The notes under the pieces were generated by a model that ran no database searches, had not been told where the DNA came from, and saw nothing but the letters and a program-made list of their open reading frames with translations. Positions 24,301 through 39,441 of a DNA stretch of 64,000 nt are shown piece after piece. A program made the translations under genes and the position numbers. The stretch comes from the human T2T-CHM13v2.0 reference genome, Homo sapiens: assembly GCF_009914755.1 (NCBI RefSeq), contig NC_060934.1, one strand, 5' to 3'. Each line of letters opens with the position of its first letter. Positions within the stretch are counted from its first letter, which is position 1.

Positions 24301-24580
24301 TTAAAAAAAGGAAAGGAAAAGACTGATGAAAACAGGACTGAGGATGATGATGGCATGGGTGGAAGCACATTGGTGGGTGGATTAGGAAGGAGGCTATGGT
24401 TATATACAGGTTATTGTCGAGAATCAATTTATGTTGGTGGTAGTGGACATGAGATTCTATCACCATTATTCCATAGTTAGCGCTTATTACATTGTTATTA
24501 TAGATTGTTCCAGATGGAAAAATAAAGTGAGTCACGAAAGGACTAAGGAACAGCACATATCACGAGACAAGAATTATGGT

Positions 24581-24989
24581 TGTGTTAGGCCGTCCTTGCA
24601 TTGCTATAAAAAATACCTGAGGCTGGGTAATTTATAAAGAAAAGAGGTTTGATTGACTCACAGTTCTGCAGGCTGCACAGGAACCTTGGTACTGGCACCT
24701 ACTTGGCTTCTGGGGAGGCTTCAGGGGGCATTTATTACTCATGGCAGAGGCACAGCCAGAGCAGGCAGCGGGGGTAGGGACAGCAAGCGGTGAGAGCTGC
24801 AGCAAGAGGTGGGGGAAGTGCCACACACGCTTTTAAACCACCAGATCTCGCGAGACTTCACTCACTATGGTGATAACAGCACCAAGCCATGAGGGTTCTG
24901 CCCCCCTGACCAAAACACTTCCCACCAGTCCCCACCTCCAACACTAGGTATTGCCTCTCAACATGAGATTTTTGATCCAAATTATATCA
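24581..24989 (-). mobile_element. MST (MSTA/MSTB) MaLR solo LTR
   Basis: tgtgttaggccgtccttgcattgctataaa...ctgggtaatttataaagaaaagagg...ccaaattatatca; 5-bp TSD atggt/atgat. Confidence 0.85.
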
Positions 24990-25049
24990 ATGATTAGTCA
25001 ATTTTAATGTAATTAAGGTCCAAATCAAAACTATTTAAAATCACCTGGG

Positions 25050-25399
25050 GGCAGGGGTGGTGGCTCACGCCTGTAATCCCAGCACTTTGGGAGGCCAAGC
25101 AGGGTGGATCATGAGGTCAGGAGATTGAGACCATCCTGGCTAACACAGTGAAACCCCATCTCTACTAAAAATACAAAAAATTAGCTGGCCGTGGTGGCAG
25201 CACCTGTAGTACCAGCTGCTTGGGAGGTTGAGGCAAGAGAATCGCTTGAACCTGGGAGGCGGAGGTTGCAGTAAGCCAAGATCGGGCCATGGGGTTTCAC
25301 TGTTCTAGCAAGGACAGTCTCGATCTCCTGACCTCGTGATCCGCCTGCCTCGGCCTCCCAAAGTGCTAGGATTACAGGCGTGAGCCACCGGGCCCAGCC
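25050..25399. mobile_element. Two partial Alus fused tail-to-tail (+ 25050-25290; - 25291-25399)
   Basis: The plus-strand Alu stops at ...gatcgggccat and directly abuts the reverse complement of an AluY/Sc-like 5' end. Confidence 0.9.
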
Positions 25400-25919
25400 T
25401 GCGTTTGACTTTGTAACCACAGTGCTACCTAGAGGCCTCATCCACTGAAAGAGAAGCAGAAAAAAGAAAGGGAGAGGGTACAAGAAAGGGTTCACGCTTC
25501 AGGATCGTTATCCAGTAGAGGTGAATCAGTTTGCGGAGTCAAAAGTAATCTTCCAAAACTAGAAAGCAACAGGACGTCTCAAGCACCTCTGGGCTTTTAA
25601 AGTCTGGTTCTCATATGGAAATAGAAACCAAATGTTTCATACTTTTTGTACCAAATGGTGCTGTGGACTTCCAATTACTGAAACTGTTTCATTGTATTAG
25701 AGTTCTTTTTTAAAAAAATAACATGTATTGGGTTTTTCGTATAATGTATGGTAACTGTGAGACAATTTAGAAAATACAAAAAAAGAAAAACACTATCATC
25801 TTTCCACTCATAAATAAGTATAATTAATATATTAGTTTATTTCCTCTTGAAGGAAACATATCCACATATCTATACAGGTATAGTCCCCTGTATGTATTAC
25901 TTAGATTTAAAACTTAAAC

Positions 25920-26218
<299 letters not shown>

Positions 26219-26354
26219 ACAAACATAGAGAGTTACAGTTTCAGATAAGATGGCATAGGCAGACTCCACCCTGTCTCTCCTACTGAATGCAGCTGTAAAA
26301 CCTGGACAGACTGCATGGAGCAGCTATTTGAGTACTCTGGTAAGTAAATAGTAT

Positions 26355-27726
26355 TGAGAGGTGACAGCGTGCTGGCAGCCCTCGCAGCCTTCCTCGCTCT
26401 GGGCACCTCCTCGGCCTTGGCGCCCACTCTGCCCGCGCTTGAGATCTTCAGCCCACCGCTGCACTGTGGGATCCCCTTTCTGAGCTGGCCAAGGCCAGAG
26501 CTGGCTTCCTCAGCTTGCTGGGAGGTGTGGAGGGAGGGGCGCAGGCGGGAACAGGGGCCCGAGGTGCTTGCGGGCCAGCGCGAGTTCCAGGTGGGCATAG
26601 GCTCGCCAGCCCCGCACTCGGAGCGGCAGGCCGGCAAGCCCGGGGCAATGAGGGGCTTAGCACCTACGCCAGCAGCTGCTGTGCTCGATTTCTCGCTGGG
26701 CCTTAGCTGCCTCCCCACTGGGCAGGGCTTGGGACCTGCAGCCCACCATGCCTAAGCCTCCCACTGCCTCCGTCCCGCTTCCACCCCAGGTGGGCTCCTG
26801 CGCAGCCCGAGCCTCCCCAACGAGGGCTGCTCCCTGCCCCAGGGCGCCCAGTCCCATCAACTGCCCAAGGGCTGAGGAGTGCAGTCCCAAGGCGCAGAAC
26901 TGGCAGGCATCTCCACCTGTGGCCCCAGTGCGGGATCCACTGGGTGAAGCCAGCTGGGCTCCTGAGTCTGGTGGGGACTTGGAGAATCTTTATGTCTAGC
27001 TAAGGGATTGTAAATACACCAATCAACACTGTATCTAGCTCAAGGTTTGTGAACACACCAATCAGCACCCTGTGTCTAGCTCAGGGTTTGTGAATGCACC
27101 AATCGGCACTCTGTATCTAGCTAATGTAGTGGGGACATGGAGAACTTTTTTGTCTAGCTCAGGGATTGTAAACGCACTAATCAGCACCCTGTCAAAACGG
27201 ATCAATCTGCTCTCTGTAAAACAGACCAATGGGCTCTCTGTAAAATGGACCAATCAGCAGGATGTGGGTGGGGCCAGATAAGAAAATAAAAGCAGGCTGC
27301 CCCGGCAAGCAGTGGCAACTCCGGTCCCTTACTACGGTGTGGAAGGTTTGTTCTTTCACTCTTTGCAATAAATCTTGTTGCTACTCACTCTTTGGGTCCA
27401 CACTGCTTTTATGAGCTGTAACACTCACCGCGAAGGTTTGCAGCTTCACTCCTGAAGCCAGCGAGACCATGAACCCACCGGGAGGAACAAACAACTCCAG
27501 ACATGCCGCCTTAAGAGCTGTAACACTCACCACGAAGGTCTGCAGCTTCACTCCTGAGCCAGTGAGACCATGAACCCACCAGAAGGAAGAAACTCCGAAC
27601 ACATCCGAACATCAGAAGGAACAAACTCTGGACACGCTGACTTTAAGAACTGTAACACTCACCACGAGGGTCCGTGGCTTGATTCTTGAAGTCAGTGAGA
27701 CCAAGAACCCACCAATTCCGGACACA
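26355..27726 (+). mobile_element. LTR12 (C/D/E-type, ERV9) solo LTR, inserted in an old L1M 5'-region remnant (~26235-28350)
   Basis: TGAGAGGTGACAGCGTGCTGGCAG...CCAATTCCGGACACA; TSD gtat at 26351-26354 and 27727-27730; GC-rich U3, CCAAT repeats and U5 tandem repeats. Confidence 0.95.
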
Positions 27727-28349
27727 GTATTAGGCAGATAGGGAAAGAAAACTAGAATTCAAAGTACCACTGAAATGGCAATAAGGTTCCCATTTTTTCT
27801 CCTTCTTGTATCTCCAGTTTGTACTCACAGAAGCACAAAACCCAGAAGTGGCCACGAGGGCCCACATATAGAAAACTCCAGAAGTTCTCTAATTCTAACT
27901 CAGAAGCAGGAAAGGGAATTCCTCTCTTTGAGACAGTAAGGGGAAACTGCCTGTAGTTGTTTTTCTTTGTTCTGTTTTCCCAAGCCCCAGCCCCAGGATA
28001 GTTCCACAAAAGCAAAATGATTAGTGGAGGCCTGCAGGAACCTGAAACTCTGAGGAGAAACTCTATGACTGGAGCAGCTGTGGCCCCAAGTAAGTAGAGC
28101 AAACCCCTGTTGCTTTTTTTGTCCGTGTGTCCACCACCATTTGGCTTCAGATGCAGCACAGTCATGGAAAGTGCACAGTGGAGTGGGGGAACTAAAACCC
28201 ACCAAGAAAGGGGAATCTGAGAAATGAGAGAGGAAATTGCTCAGGAATGCACCACCATCGAGTTGTACGTGCATGGAACTCATGCTAAACAGTATGCCAA
28301 AGCCACTGATAAAGTGAACCAAAGGAGAGCTCACTGCTCAGGTCCCACA

Positions 28350-28925
28350 TTTATTTCTGTGTTAATTCAATTCAACTGTAGTTGGAGAACACGTTTTGTT
28401 TGATTTCAAATTTTTTAAATTTATTAAGACTTGTTTTATGTCCTAGCATAAATGATCTTTCCTGAAAATATTTGATATGTACTACTATTGTCGGGTGGAG
28501 TAGTCTATAAATGTCAGTTAGATCAAGTGAGTTGACAGAGTTGTTCAAGTTCTATATCCTTGCTGAGTTTATGTCTAGTTGTTCTGTAAATTACTAACAG
28601 TCAGGTATTAGAGTCTCCCAACCATTGTTGAATTGCATATTCCTCCTTTCAATTTGATCATTTTTGCTTTGTCCATTTTAGGACTCTGTTAAGCACATAC
28701 ATGTTTATAATTGTTATATGTCTTCCTGATGACTTTTATTATGTTACTCTTTGATTTTAATATTTTTGTCTTTATTTACATGATATCACTTTTCCATGTC
28801 TCTTGTAGACAATGTATAGTTACATTTTGGTTTCTTATCCAGTCTGATGAACTCTGCTGAAGTGTTTTATCTCATTTACATTTAATGCAATTATTGATAT
28901 GGCTGGATTTATGTCTGCTGTTTTC
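28350..28925 (-). mobile_element. Old L1M ORF2 (endonuclease-region) fragment
   Basis: T-rich antisense L1 text (ttattaagacttgttttatgtcctagcata...gttgttcaagttctatatcc). Confidence 0.7.
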
Positions 28926-28929
28926 AATA

Positions 28930-30520
<1,591 letters not shown>

Positions 30521-31983
30521 ATTTATCTTGGCTCATTCACCCTTGCATTCATTTACTCATTGATTTTAATTATTTACTTAAACAGCTGCTATGTCCCAGA
30601 TACTGCTCTAGTCTCTAGAGATACAAACAGCAAATAAAACCAAACATGGTTCCTGCTATCAAGGTGCTTAAGTCCAGTGGAAAAGAAACAAAGAACGCTA
30701 AGTGATTGTTAAGTCATAGAAGGAATAAGTCACTATTTTCAAAATTAAAAATTATTTTCTTGAATCTTCATTATAAAAGACTCAAGACATTAAAGGTCTG
30801 GGTTGAATATCACGCAATCTGACAATTGAAAATCAAGGAGCAGGATTTTCAAAGAGGAGCAAAAGGCAGTTCTTGAACCAAATAATGAAATCTCTAGGAG
30901 GCAGCCCAGCCTCCCAACCCTAACAGGGACAATTACTGAGTCTAGAGTCAATATCAGAGGGCCAGATTGGCTGTTGACTCTCTGCATGCCAGGTCTGTGC
31001 TGGGGGACAAAATGTGGAGAGGAAGCATCATGCCCTGCTGGAGTGCTGCATGAATAGTGGTTGTGCAGGCAGGACAGGTAGATGGGCAGCGGTACCAGGA
31101 CAGGCTCCACTCCAGCTGCAAAGGGGTCCATGAACCTTCCCATCCTCCCATTTCTACATTCCACTCATTCATTCCTAGAATACAAATTAAACACGTACTA
31201 TATGCCACACTAGGGTAGGCCAACCACATGTGTGCCAGGTGGATTGGGAAACAATATTGCAGGCAACAGGAACAACATGGACTAAGATTCAGGAGGTAGA
31301 CAGTGCATAAAACCTTCATGACATTTCAAGTGGTTCAGTGAGGCTGGGGCACAGAGTGTGGGTTGACAAACAGAAGGGGAGGATACTGAGATGGTGGCAG
31401 AGGGCAGATCATGAACAGTTCTGTGGGTCCTCCAAGTTTACACTTTATCCTGAGGACAAAGAAAAGCCAATAAAGAGTTTCAAGCAAAAGATGTGCCTGG
31501 ATGGGGCATATAGTCAGATAGGGACTTGTACAGAAACCACTCTGCTAGCTGCTATTGTGTGGAGACTGGACTAGACAGGGCTGTCCCAGAGGCAGGGAGA
31601 TTGATTACATGGCAGAGTCAGAAAGTAGGAGGAGTAGAATTGGATACATCACTGGATGTAGGAAGCAAAGGAGTGGGAGGATTCAGGAATGACTTCTGAC
31701 CTGGGTAAATATGCAGGATGAGTAGTAGAGTAACAAAGACAATAAACACAAACATTGTGTGTTCCCAGCATGCATCAGGCATTGCCAGAGGCAAATGTTG
31801 ATGCTCCAGAGGGACTTGGGTGCTCTCAGTGACCTAGTCTAGGTCCCTAACATGCAAATACTGGTATTCCCTTCTATGTGCATTTCCCCAGCCTTCTTCC
31901 GAGGCAACAACTTGCTCAACAGGTAATAATCTACAAAAAATTTCAAGTAAACATTCTTTTATAGATATAAAATATAAAAATAA

Positions 31984-32320
<337 letters not shown>

Positions 32321-32718
32321 CTACAAGGAATTTTAAGAACATATGATTCTATATTAAAAAGCAATATTCCGAAGGTTGTTGGTATCATTAAGTAAACAGT
32401 CCTCATTTTACATAAGCAAACACACTCACCAAGATAAATATCCAGCTGAAGTAAAAATGGAACCAGCATGGGTGTGTTTAGAATTAGCCAGTAATTTCAG
32501 AGGAAAAAGCAGGAATGGGTGGAATAGAAGAGCAGAGTGTTATTGGCCAGTTCATCTCCCAATCAAGGGTAACCTTGGAGAGGGGAAGAAAGAGGATTAT
32601 ACAAGCATAATTGTTGATAGATAGAGTCTATGAATTATGCGTGCCTCTCCAGAATTCTCTGCCCAGCCAATCATAGCTCTGCTGGAGAATAACTTTTAAT
32701 ATTTTTAAAGCAGAAAAC

Positions 32719-33010
32719 AGGCTGGGCGCCGTGGCTCACACCTGTAATCCCAACACTTCGGGAGGTCGAGGTGGATGGATCACCTGAGGTCAGGAGTTTG
32801 AGACCAGCATGACCAATATGGTGAAACCCCATCTCTATTAAAAATACAAAACTTAGCTCAGCATGGTGGTGTGCTCCTGTAGTCCCAGCTACTCCGGGCT
32901 GCTTGAACCCAGCAGGCGGAGGTTGCAGTGAGCCAAGATCATGCTACTGCACTCCAGCATGGGCAACAGAGTGAGACTCCATCTCAAAAATAAGAAAAAA
33001 AAAAGAAAAA
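32719..33010 (+). mobile_element. AluS with a small right-arm deletion
   Basis: Lacks most of gaggctgaggcaggagaatc near 32895. Confidence 0.9.
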
Positions 33011-34614
33011 ATATATTGAGCCAAATCCATGAATCAATTCATAACCATCAATGTATTAATGTATTAAATATGATATACATGGTTTCTACATTTCAGAGAA
33101 TTAGCTATCACCCTGTCTCAATCCTAAAAGCTCTTTACATAGAACACTGCTATAATGTACTTAAATTTCTATTTGACATCTGTCAGCATCCCGAAACACC
33201 TACGTGTACACACAAAGCTTCCATTTTGAAATAAAAACAAAATGGCCATAGCCAGTCAGTGTAAATCCCTTTTATTTTTAAAAACTGAAGATTGTGTCAT
33301 CTGAAATGTTTAAATGTGTAGAAATTTAAAATATCACCTCCTTCGCTCTAAGTCAACTCACCCTAAACTCAACACCTTGGGTGGTAAATCTGGGATATTT
33401 ACAGGCTCTCAGTCCACACTTTCCTCGTGGGGTTAAACAATTGACTGAAGGTTGCACAATATAGCCAAAGGCTATGGGAGAGACACAAGCAAGTCACCTT
33501 TTTCCCAGAATACAATGTCTTCACTATACAAATTCCTATCCCAAACAATGAAATAGGGAGTTAGAGCATTTGAGGGGAAAATTGTGGAGAAAGAAAATTC
33601 AGCCATGAAGTACTCTGGCTTTAGTTTTCTCTTGATATTTTTGTCTTTCCCTTATTTGCTCTAAAAAATATTTTTATATAAATGATTAGTACACTTTGAG
33701 TCTGAGTATTTTAAGTGAAAGGAGAAACTATTACTTAGATAACTTAGGCCAAACTGATCCTCTCACACAAGCTTTCATTCTGAAAATACATACGATTTGG
33801 TCACAAGTGTTTCATGTTCTCAAATGTCTACCTAATTATTTCATCTGGGGATTTGACAGCAGATTTTAAAAACCTTTATGTGGAAGGCAGCCTCTCCATC
33901 CCTACTCTTTCCCTGAGACCAGTTTTCTGGGAGAGTCTTGCAGTTTACAAAGCATTCTTACAGGTGTCAGCTCATTTGAGTGTCACAATGACTCTGATGT
34001 GGGGAGTGCTGACCTCATTTAACAGAGGAGGAAGCTGAGGCCCAAAGAGATTAGGTGATTTATTTTGGCTTGTACAACTGGTAAGTGGCACAACACCTAA
34101 ACTCAGCCCTTCTGACTCCAAGTAGTCCCCTTTTCCTACGCTGAACTGCCTACTAAAGTTATTTTAATTTTTACCAATTCAAGATAAGTAATTACCTACA
34201 AATTGTGGCTGCTTATTTATCTGCTGCCAGCTACTCTAATGCCTTCTGCGCCATAGCTTAGAAAAAAGCCTTTTACACCCTCATTTGCAGAAAGCTTAAC
34301 ACTGACTGTTCCAAAGCTATACCCAAAGAATCCTTGAACAATGAAGCAAACACACATCTCTAATTCCACTGCTCAGTATTATCTGCTCTCACAAGAATCA
34401 CTTGTACTGAAGTACTGAGTGCAGTGAATCATCAGACATCATAAAGGCTCAGAACCTGCAGCATGGGCCAGAGGCATTGTGCCACCACCCACCTCCCCAC
34501 GCAAAGCAGCCCTCTACTACCTTCCTTAGAACTGCTGCTCTGCCCTAACCTCCTCCAGCAACCCCAGGGCCGATCAAACACGTTTCCTCTCCTCTCCTCT
34601 TCTGAGTATACCCC

Positions 34615-34780
34615 AGGCCCTTGTTATTCAGTGTGGTTCCTTGACTAGCAGCCTCAGCATCACCTGGGAGCTTGTTAGGAATGCAGGCTCTGGGGCCCCA
34701 CCTTAGGCTTGGAAATTAGAATCTACAGTTTAAGAAAAAGCTCCAGGAATTTATAAGAAATTACAATATGAGAAGCAATA
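34615..34780. mobile_element. MER5A-type hAT-Charlie MITE (a second copy lies at ~36365-36530)
   Basis: agcagcctcagcatcacctgggagcttgttaggaatgcag. Confidence 0.7.
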
Positions 34781-35879
34781 CCCTATAAAAAAGGACAGAG
34801 CAACTGAAATCCATCCTCTCTGTCACACCATCCATCCTTGGCTACTGGTTCTTTAGGCTCTCAGAAGGTATTATGGCCACATTCAAACCCTTCAGCACCA
34901 GCCCACCTGCTCATCCATTCCCCTAGTATATCCAATCCAGCTTGGTTTTATGGTTTAGTAAAATAGCTTGGCTACTTTACACTAAAGTATGAATAGCTAA
35001 GTGCCTACGAACACAGTGGGTTCTGATGGAATGTTACTAAGAAATGATGAGAAAGTTTTAAAGTCAAAAAAATTTGGGTTTGTATCTCCATTCGCTCAAC
35101 GATCAGCTGTGAGAATCTCAGAAGCTTAAATAACTCTCTGAAATTCCATTTCTGCCTGTAAAAATTTAAGCTGTTATCTATCCTATATAAGAAGTTGAAA
35201 TAAAGTATCTTGTGTACCAGGACTGGCACATAGTAGGTGTTTTCTTTCTTTAATGAATGAACCATAACATCAGAGGTAACTAAATTTCAAAATAGTACTG
35301 ACACAAATAAATATCTAGTTGGTGTCCCTCCAGCCAGTGCGGCCACATGGGAGACACTCTGGGGCATATAAGCATTTCCTGTGAGTCATAAAATCCCATC
35401 TGCCAACCACCATCAGCCTTAGCTACACTGGAAGTCACTCACTGCACACCCCCCACCTGGAAAATTCTCCTCTACTAACTTATACTTTAGAGTCCTCTGA
35501 TTCAAAAGCTGCTTCCCTTTCTCCTTGAAGAGTTTAATCCCCAAATTGAAGAAACAAAAATAATGGCAAGGGTGTAGGTAAGTTGAGATGTTTAAACTGT
35601 GACAGGCTCGTTTTTAGCACTTAAAATTTCATTTCAGCAATATCACCAATGTACATGCAATGAGCTAGAATGCTTATTATTCATTAAAACTGGTAAGAGA
35701 GTGCTTTCCCTGATTTTGAAATTGTCAATTTGATTATTGACTGTACTTGAAGACAATTTAATTGAAAAATCTAAACGAAAATACATGAAATAATTTTTAA
35801 AGATAATCCTTAAACTACATAAGTTTTTCAGAACTAATAATGGTTCATTACTTTATTAAACAAAAGATCAAAAAGCACA

Positions 35880-37200
35880 AAATATTAAAAAAGAGACATG
35901 TAAATAAACCTTACTTTTGCCAAACAATAAAGACCATAAACCAAGTTAAAAGGCAACCAACGACCTGAGAGATTTCCCAACACATATAACCAGCAAAGAA
36001 ATTCAGTCAGATAAACAAATCAATAGCAAGTATTAGCAAATAATATGAACATGCAATTCCCAGAAGAGCAAATCCATTGTCCAATAAACATAAAAAGATA
36101 TGTAACCTCACTAATAATCAGAGAAATGCTAATTAAACAACAAAAAAGCTACCACATTGCACTCCCGCCATGGGTAAAAAATGTTGACGTGTAAGATTAC
36201 CAAGTATCTGAAAGGATTTGACATAACAGGAACTCTGTCCTCCGGGTAGGAGTGTAAACGAACATGACCACTTTGGAACACAATCTAGCAATATCTAGTA
36301 GCTTGAGAATGGCCACAACCTGAGCCCCGGGAATCGCACAAGTGTGCCTTGTATACCCAGCCAAGAGTAGCATTTTCTTAAGTGAGATTGCTGACCAGCA
36401 GTAGCAGCAGCATCTGGGTGCTTGTTAGAAATGCAAATTCTCCAGCCTATCCCAGACTTAAAGACTTACCTGGGAGTGCCTTTTAAGAAGCCCTCCAGCA
36501 GATTTAGGTACATGCTCAAGTTTCAGAACCAAGAGAGAAACTTCACACATTAGTTCTCCCATCTTCCAACAGGAGATTGTGTCAGAAGGGTACTAGGAAT
36601 GTGGTCCTTGATACATTTTTTAAGGAGGAGAGTCTGACAGACCTTCTTTACTAGTACAGTGTCACTTGCGAGTCAAGAGAAAATGTGCAAACAATGGGAT
36701 TCCCTCAAATACACAGAGATACATACATAGGTATATGTATAAAAGTAAAGCATTTAAAACACTCCAAACACCCACCAATAGAAGAACTGGTGCAATGGTT
36801 ATGTTACACAGCAGTTAAAATAAATGAAGTAGATATAAATGTATCAGCAGGAATAAATCTTGAAAATATAATGCTGAGTGAAAAAAGCATTAAGTTAAAA
36901 TCTCACCCAAAAAACTGTCTTATTTATGGATAAATATACATTTGTATTAAGACATCAAATATGTATAAGTGGGAATTACATCCACTGATTTTAAGATAAT
37001 GGTTATATGTGGGCAAGAAATAAGAGGAATGGCATGAAGGAGGGGTACAAAAACATCAACTGTAAGATTTTGTTTTTTAAAAAAGCCGCCAATATATGGT
37101 AAAATGGTAATATTTGTTAATTCTGGATTGGGATAAAAGACATTGCTTATATTATTCTGTGTACTCTTCTGCATATTTGGACTATTTTACAATTTAAAAA
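35880..37200 (+). mobile_element. Highly diverged L1ME-type 3' fragments
   Basis: Remnants of the ORF2 end and 3'UTR (ctcactaataatcagagaaatgct; ataaatcttgaaaatataatgctgagtgaaaaaagc). Confidence 0.55.
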
Positions 37201-37420
37201 TTTAAAAGTTATTCCTTATATTTGCAAATACTAGAAAGGCTTATTTCTGTTTAAGAAAAATATATTTCAAAATGACTACCTCAAAAGGCTTTTAAAATTG
37301 AATCTTTGTGACATCTAGTGGTAACATAGTTACAATTTAATATACAATTATAAATAAGCTTGATTCAATGTAGTATTGATCTCAGAACAGTTGGTTTAAT
37401 TTGACTTTCACAAAAATTAA

Positions 37421-37819
<399 letters not shown>

Positions 37820-39319
37820 TATTCCTGAGCAAGGTTATTATTATCTTGTATACGTTATTTCTGTGGCTCAGCTGATGGCTTCCTGAAATATGTGTCAATT
37901 ATGTTAATTCTAGTGTCCCCAAAACAGGTGGCACCCCTGCCATCCCCCTCCCTGGCTCAGTGAGAGCCATGAAGGAAGTTCTTAGTGTCTCCTTTACACC
38001 ATGTTAGACACCAGCCAGGCAAGTGTCCCTCGAAGCCAGACCGGCACCTCTGCCTGACCTGAGCGCTCAAGGACCCACCATTGTTCAAGATTCAGGTTCT
38101 TCCTTGTCCTTCCTTGTCCTCCACCCCCATTCGATCAACTCCCAAGCCCACCTATGAAAAGCGTCACACCCATCACTTGTTTCCTGTAGAGGTCCTACAA
38201 ATTGTGAATGATGTGCGAGCAGAGACCATGTTTTGCGTATATGCTTCCCATGAGAACCCAGTACAATGCTTGATACATAGTAGGCACACTGTAAGTGTTC
38301 ACTAAATTAATTTCCACTGCTACAACCTAGGTACCACCTTCATTACCTTAAGCCTAGACTATCTTAACAGCAACCTTATCCTAAAAAATCCTAAGTACCA
38401 CCAATGAAGCATCTTAAAACATCTCTGTAACATAACACCACTTTCTCATCCACCACTCCCCAAAGGGATTTTCACTGTATAATTCCCATCTCTATTCCCA
38501 TTGTCAGCAGATGCCATCTAAATATCTTAGCCTGCTATTTAATAGGCTTCAAAAACTAGTCCAGATCGACTTTATGAACTTCTCCCTCACGACATCCCTG
38601 TACAAATCAGTTAACCTTCAAGCATCCTACAGGCATTCCCAGCATTATTTATTTCTCTGCTCACATTTTTCCTCCTGCCCACCCACGATCAGTTATGTGC
38701 CTTTGTGTTTTGCTGGGTTTTGTTGGGTTTAGCCTCTTACTTCCATGAAGCTCGATGTGACTTCTCTCTATGTAGAGTTAATCACAGTAGCTACCAAAGG
38801 GGTCTGTTGAACCTTGCATCATTATTCATCTTCTTTCCTATGCCCTTGCTCACCATCAGGATGCGTGCACCTCAGTGGTAGGGGACCACCTCTCACACCA
38901 GTTTATGCACTCAGAATCTAGCTAAGTGCTCAGAAGGGGGACAACTAAAAGAGATGTGTCGAAATGAGAAAAACTAGGTAAAGAGTGGATGGCCATTGAT
39001 TGCAATCGGTATAACCCCTTTTAAAGCATTTCATGTGGAAAGTAGCTGTGAAGGCCCCACATGATTCTAAATAATGTATTAAGCTGATCTTTTATATTTT
39101 GACAAGGAGCTGAAGACAGTGACAGCAGGAAAATGACTAGTTAAGAAACCAATCACTTGCGGCTTCAGAACATGAGAGAAAGAGGAGTGAGTATTAGGCT
39201 CACTGTATTGGTCTAGAAGCATGGCAACCACAGAAGAGTTAAGAATGACTCCCACACTATAAATTGGAGCATTTGGACAACAGTGAAGCCACTTTATTAT
39301 ACTAAAGAAGTGAAGAGGA

Positions 39320-39441
39320 GGCCAGGTATCATGGATCATATTTGTAATCCCAGAACTTCAGGAGGACGGCTGGAGCCCAGGAGTTCAAGACCAGCCTGGG
39401 CAACATGGTAAGACCCCATCTCTTAAAAAAAAAAAAAAAAA
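39320..39441 (+). mobile_element. Alu monomer (FLAM-like)
   Basis: Single arm plus polyA; TSD aagtgaagagga. Confidence 0.85.

Noticed and set aside
26233-27602. GC-rich overlapping ORFs or a CpG island suggesting a new gene
   Set aside because: Explained by the LTR12 U3/U5 sequence bounded by a 4-bp TSD.
27000-27700. Spaced repeats resembling a CRISPR array
   Set aside because: These are the standard LTR12 tandem units, with no unique spacers or cas genes, in a primate genome.
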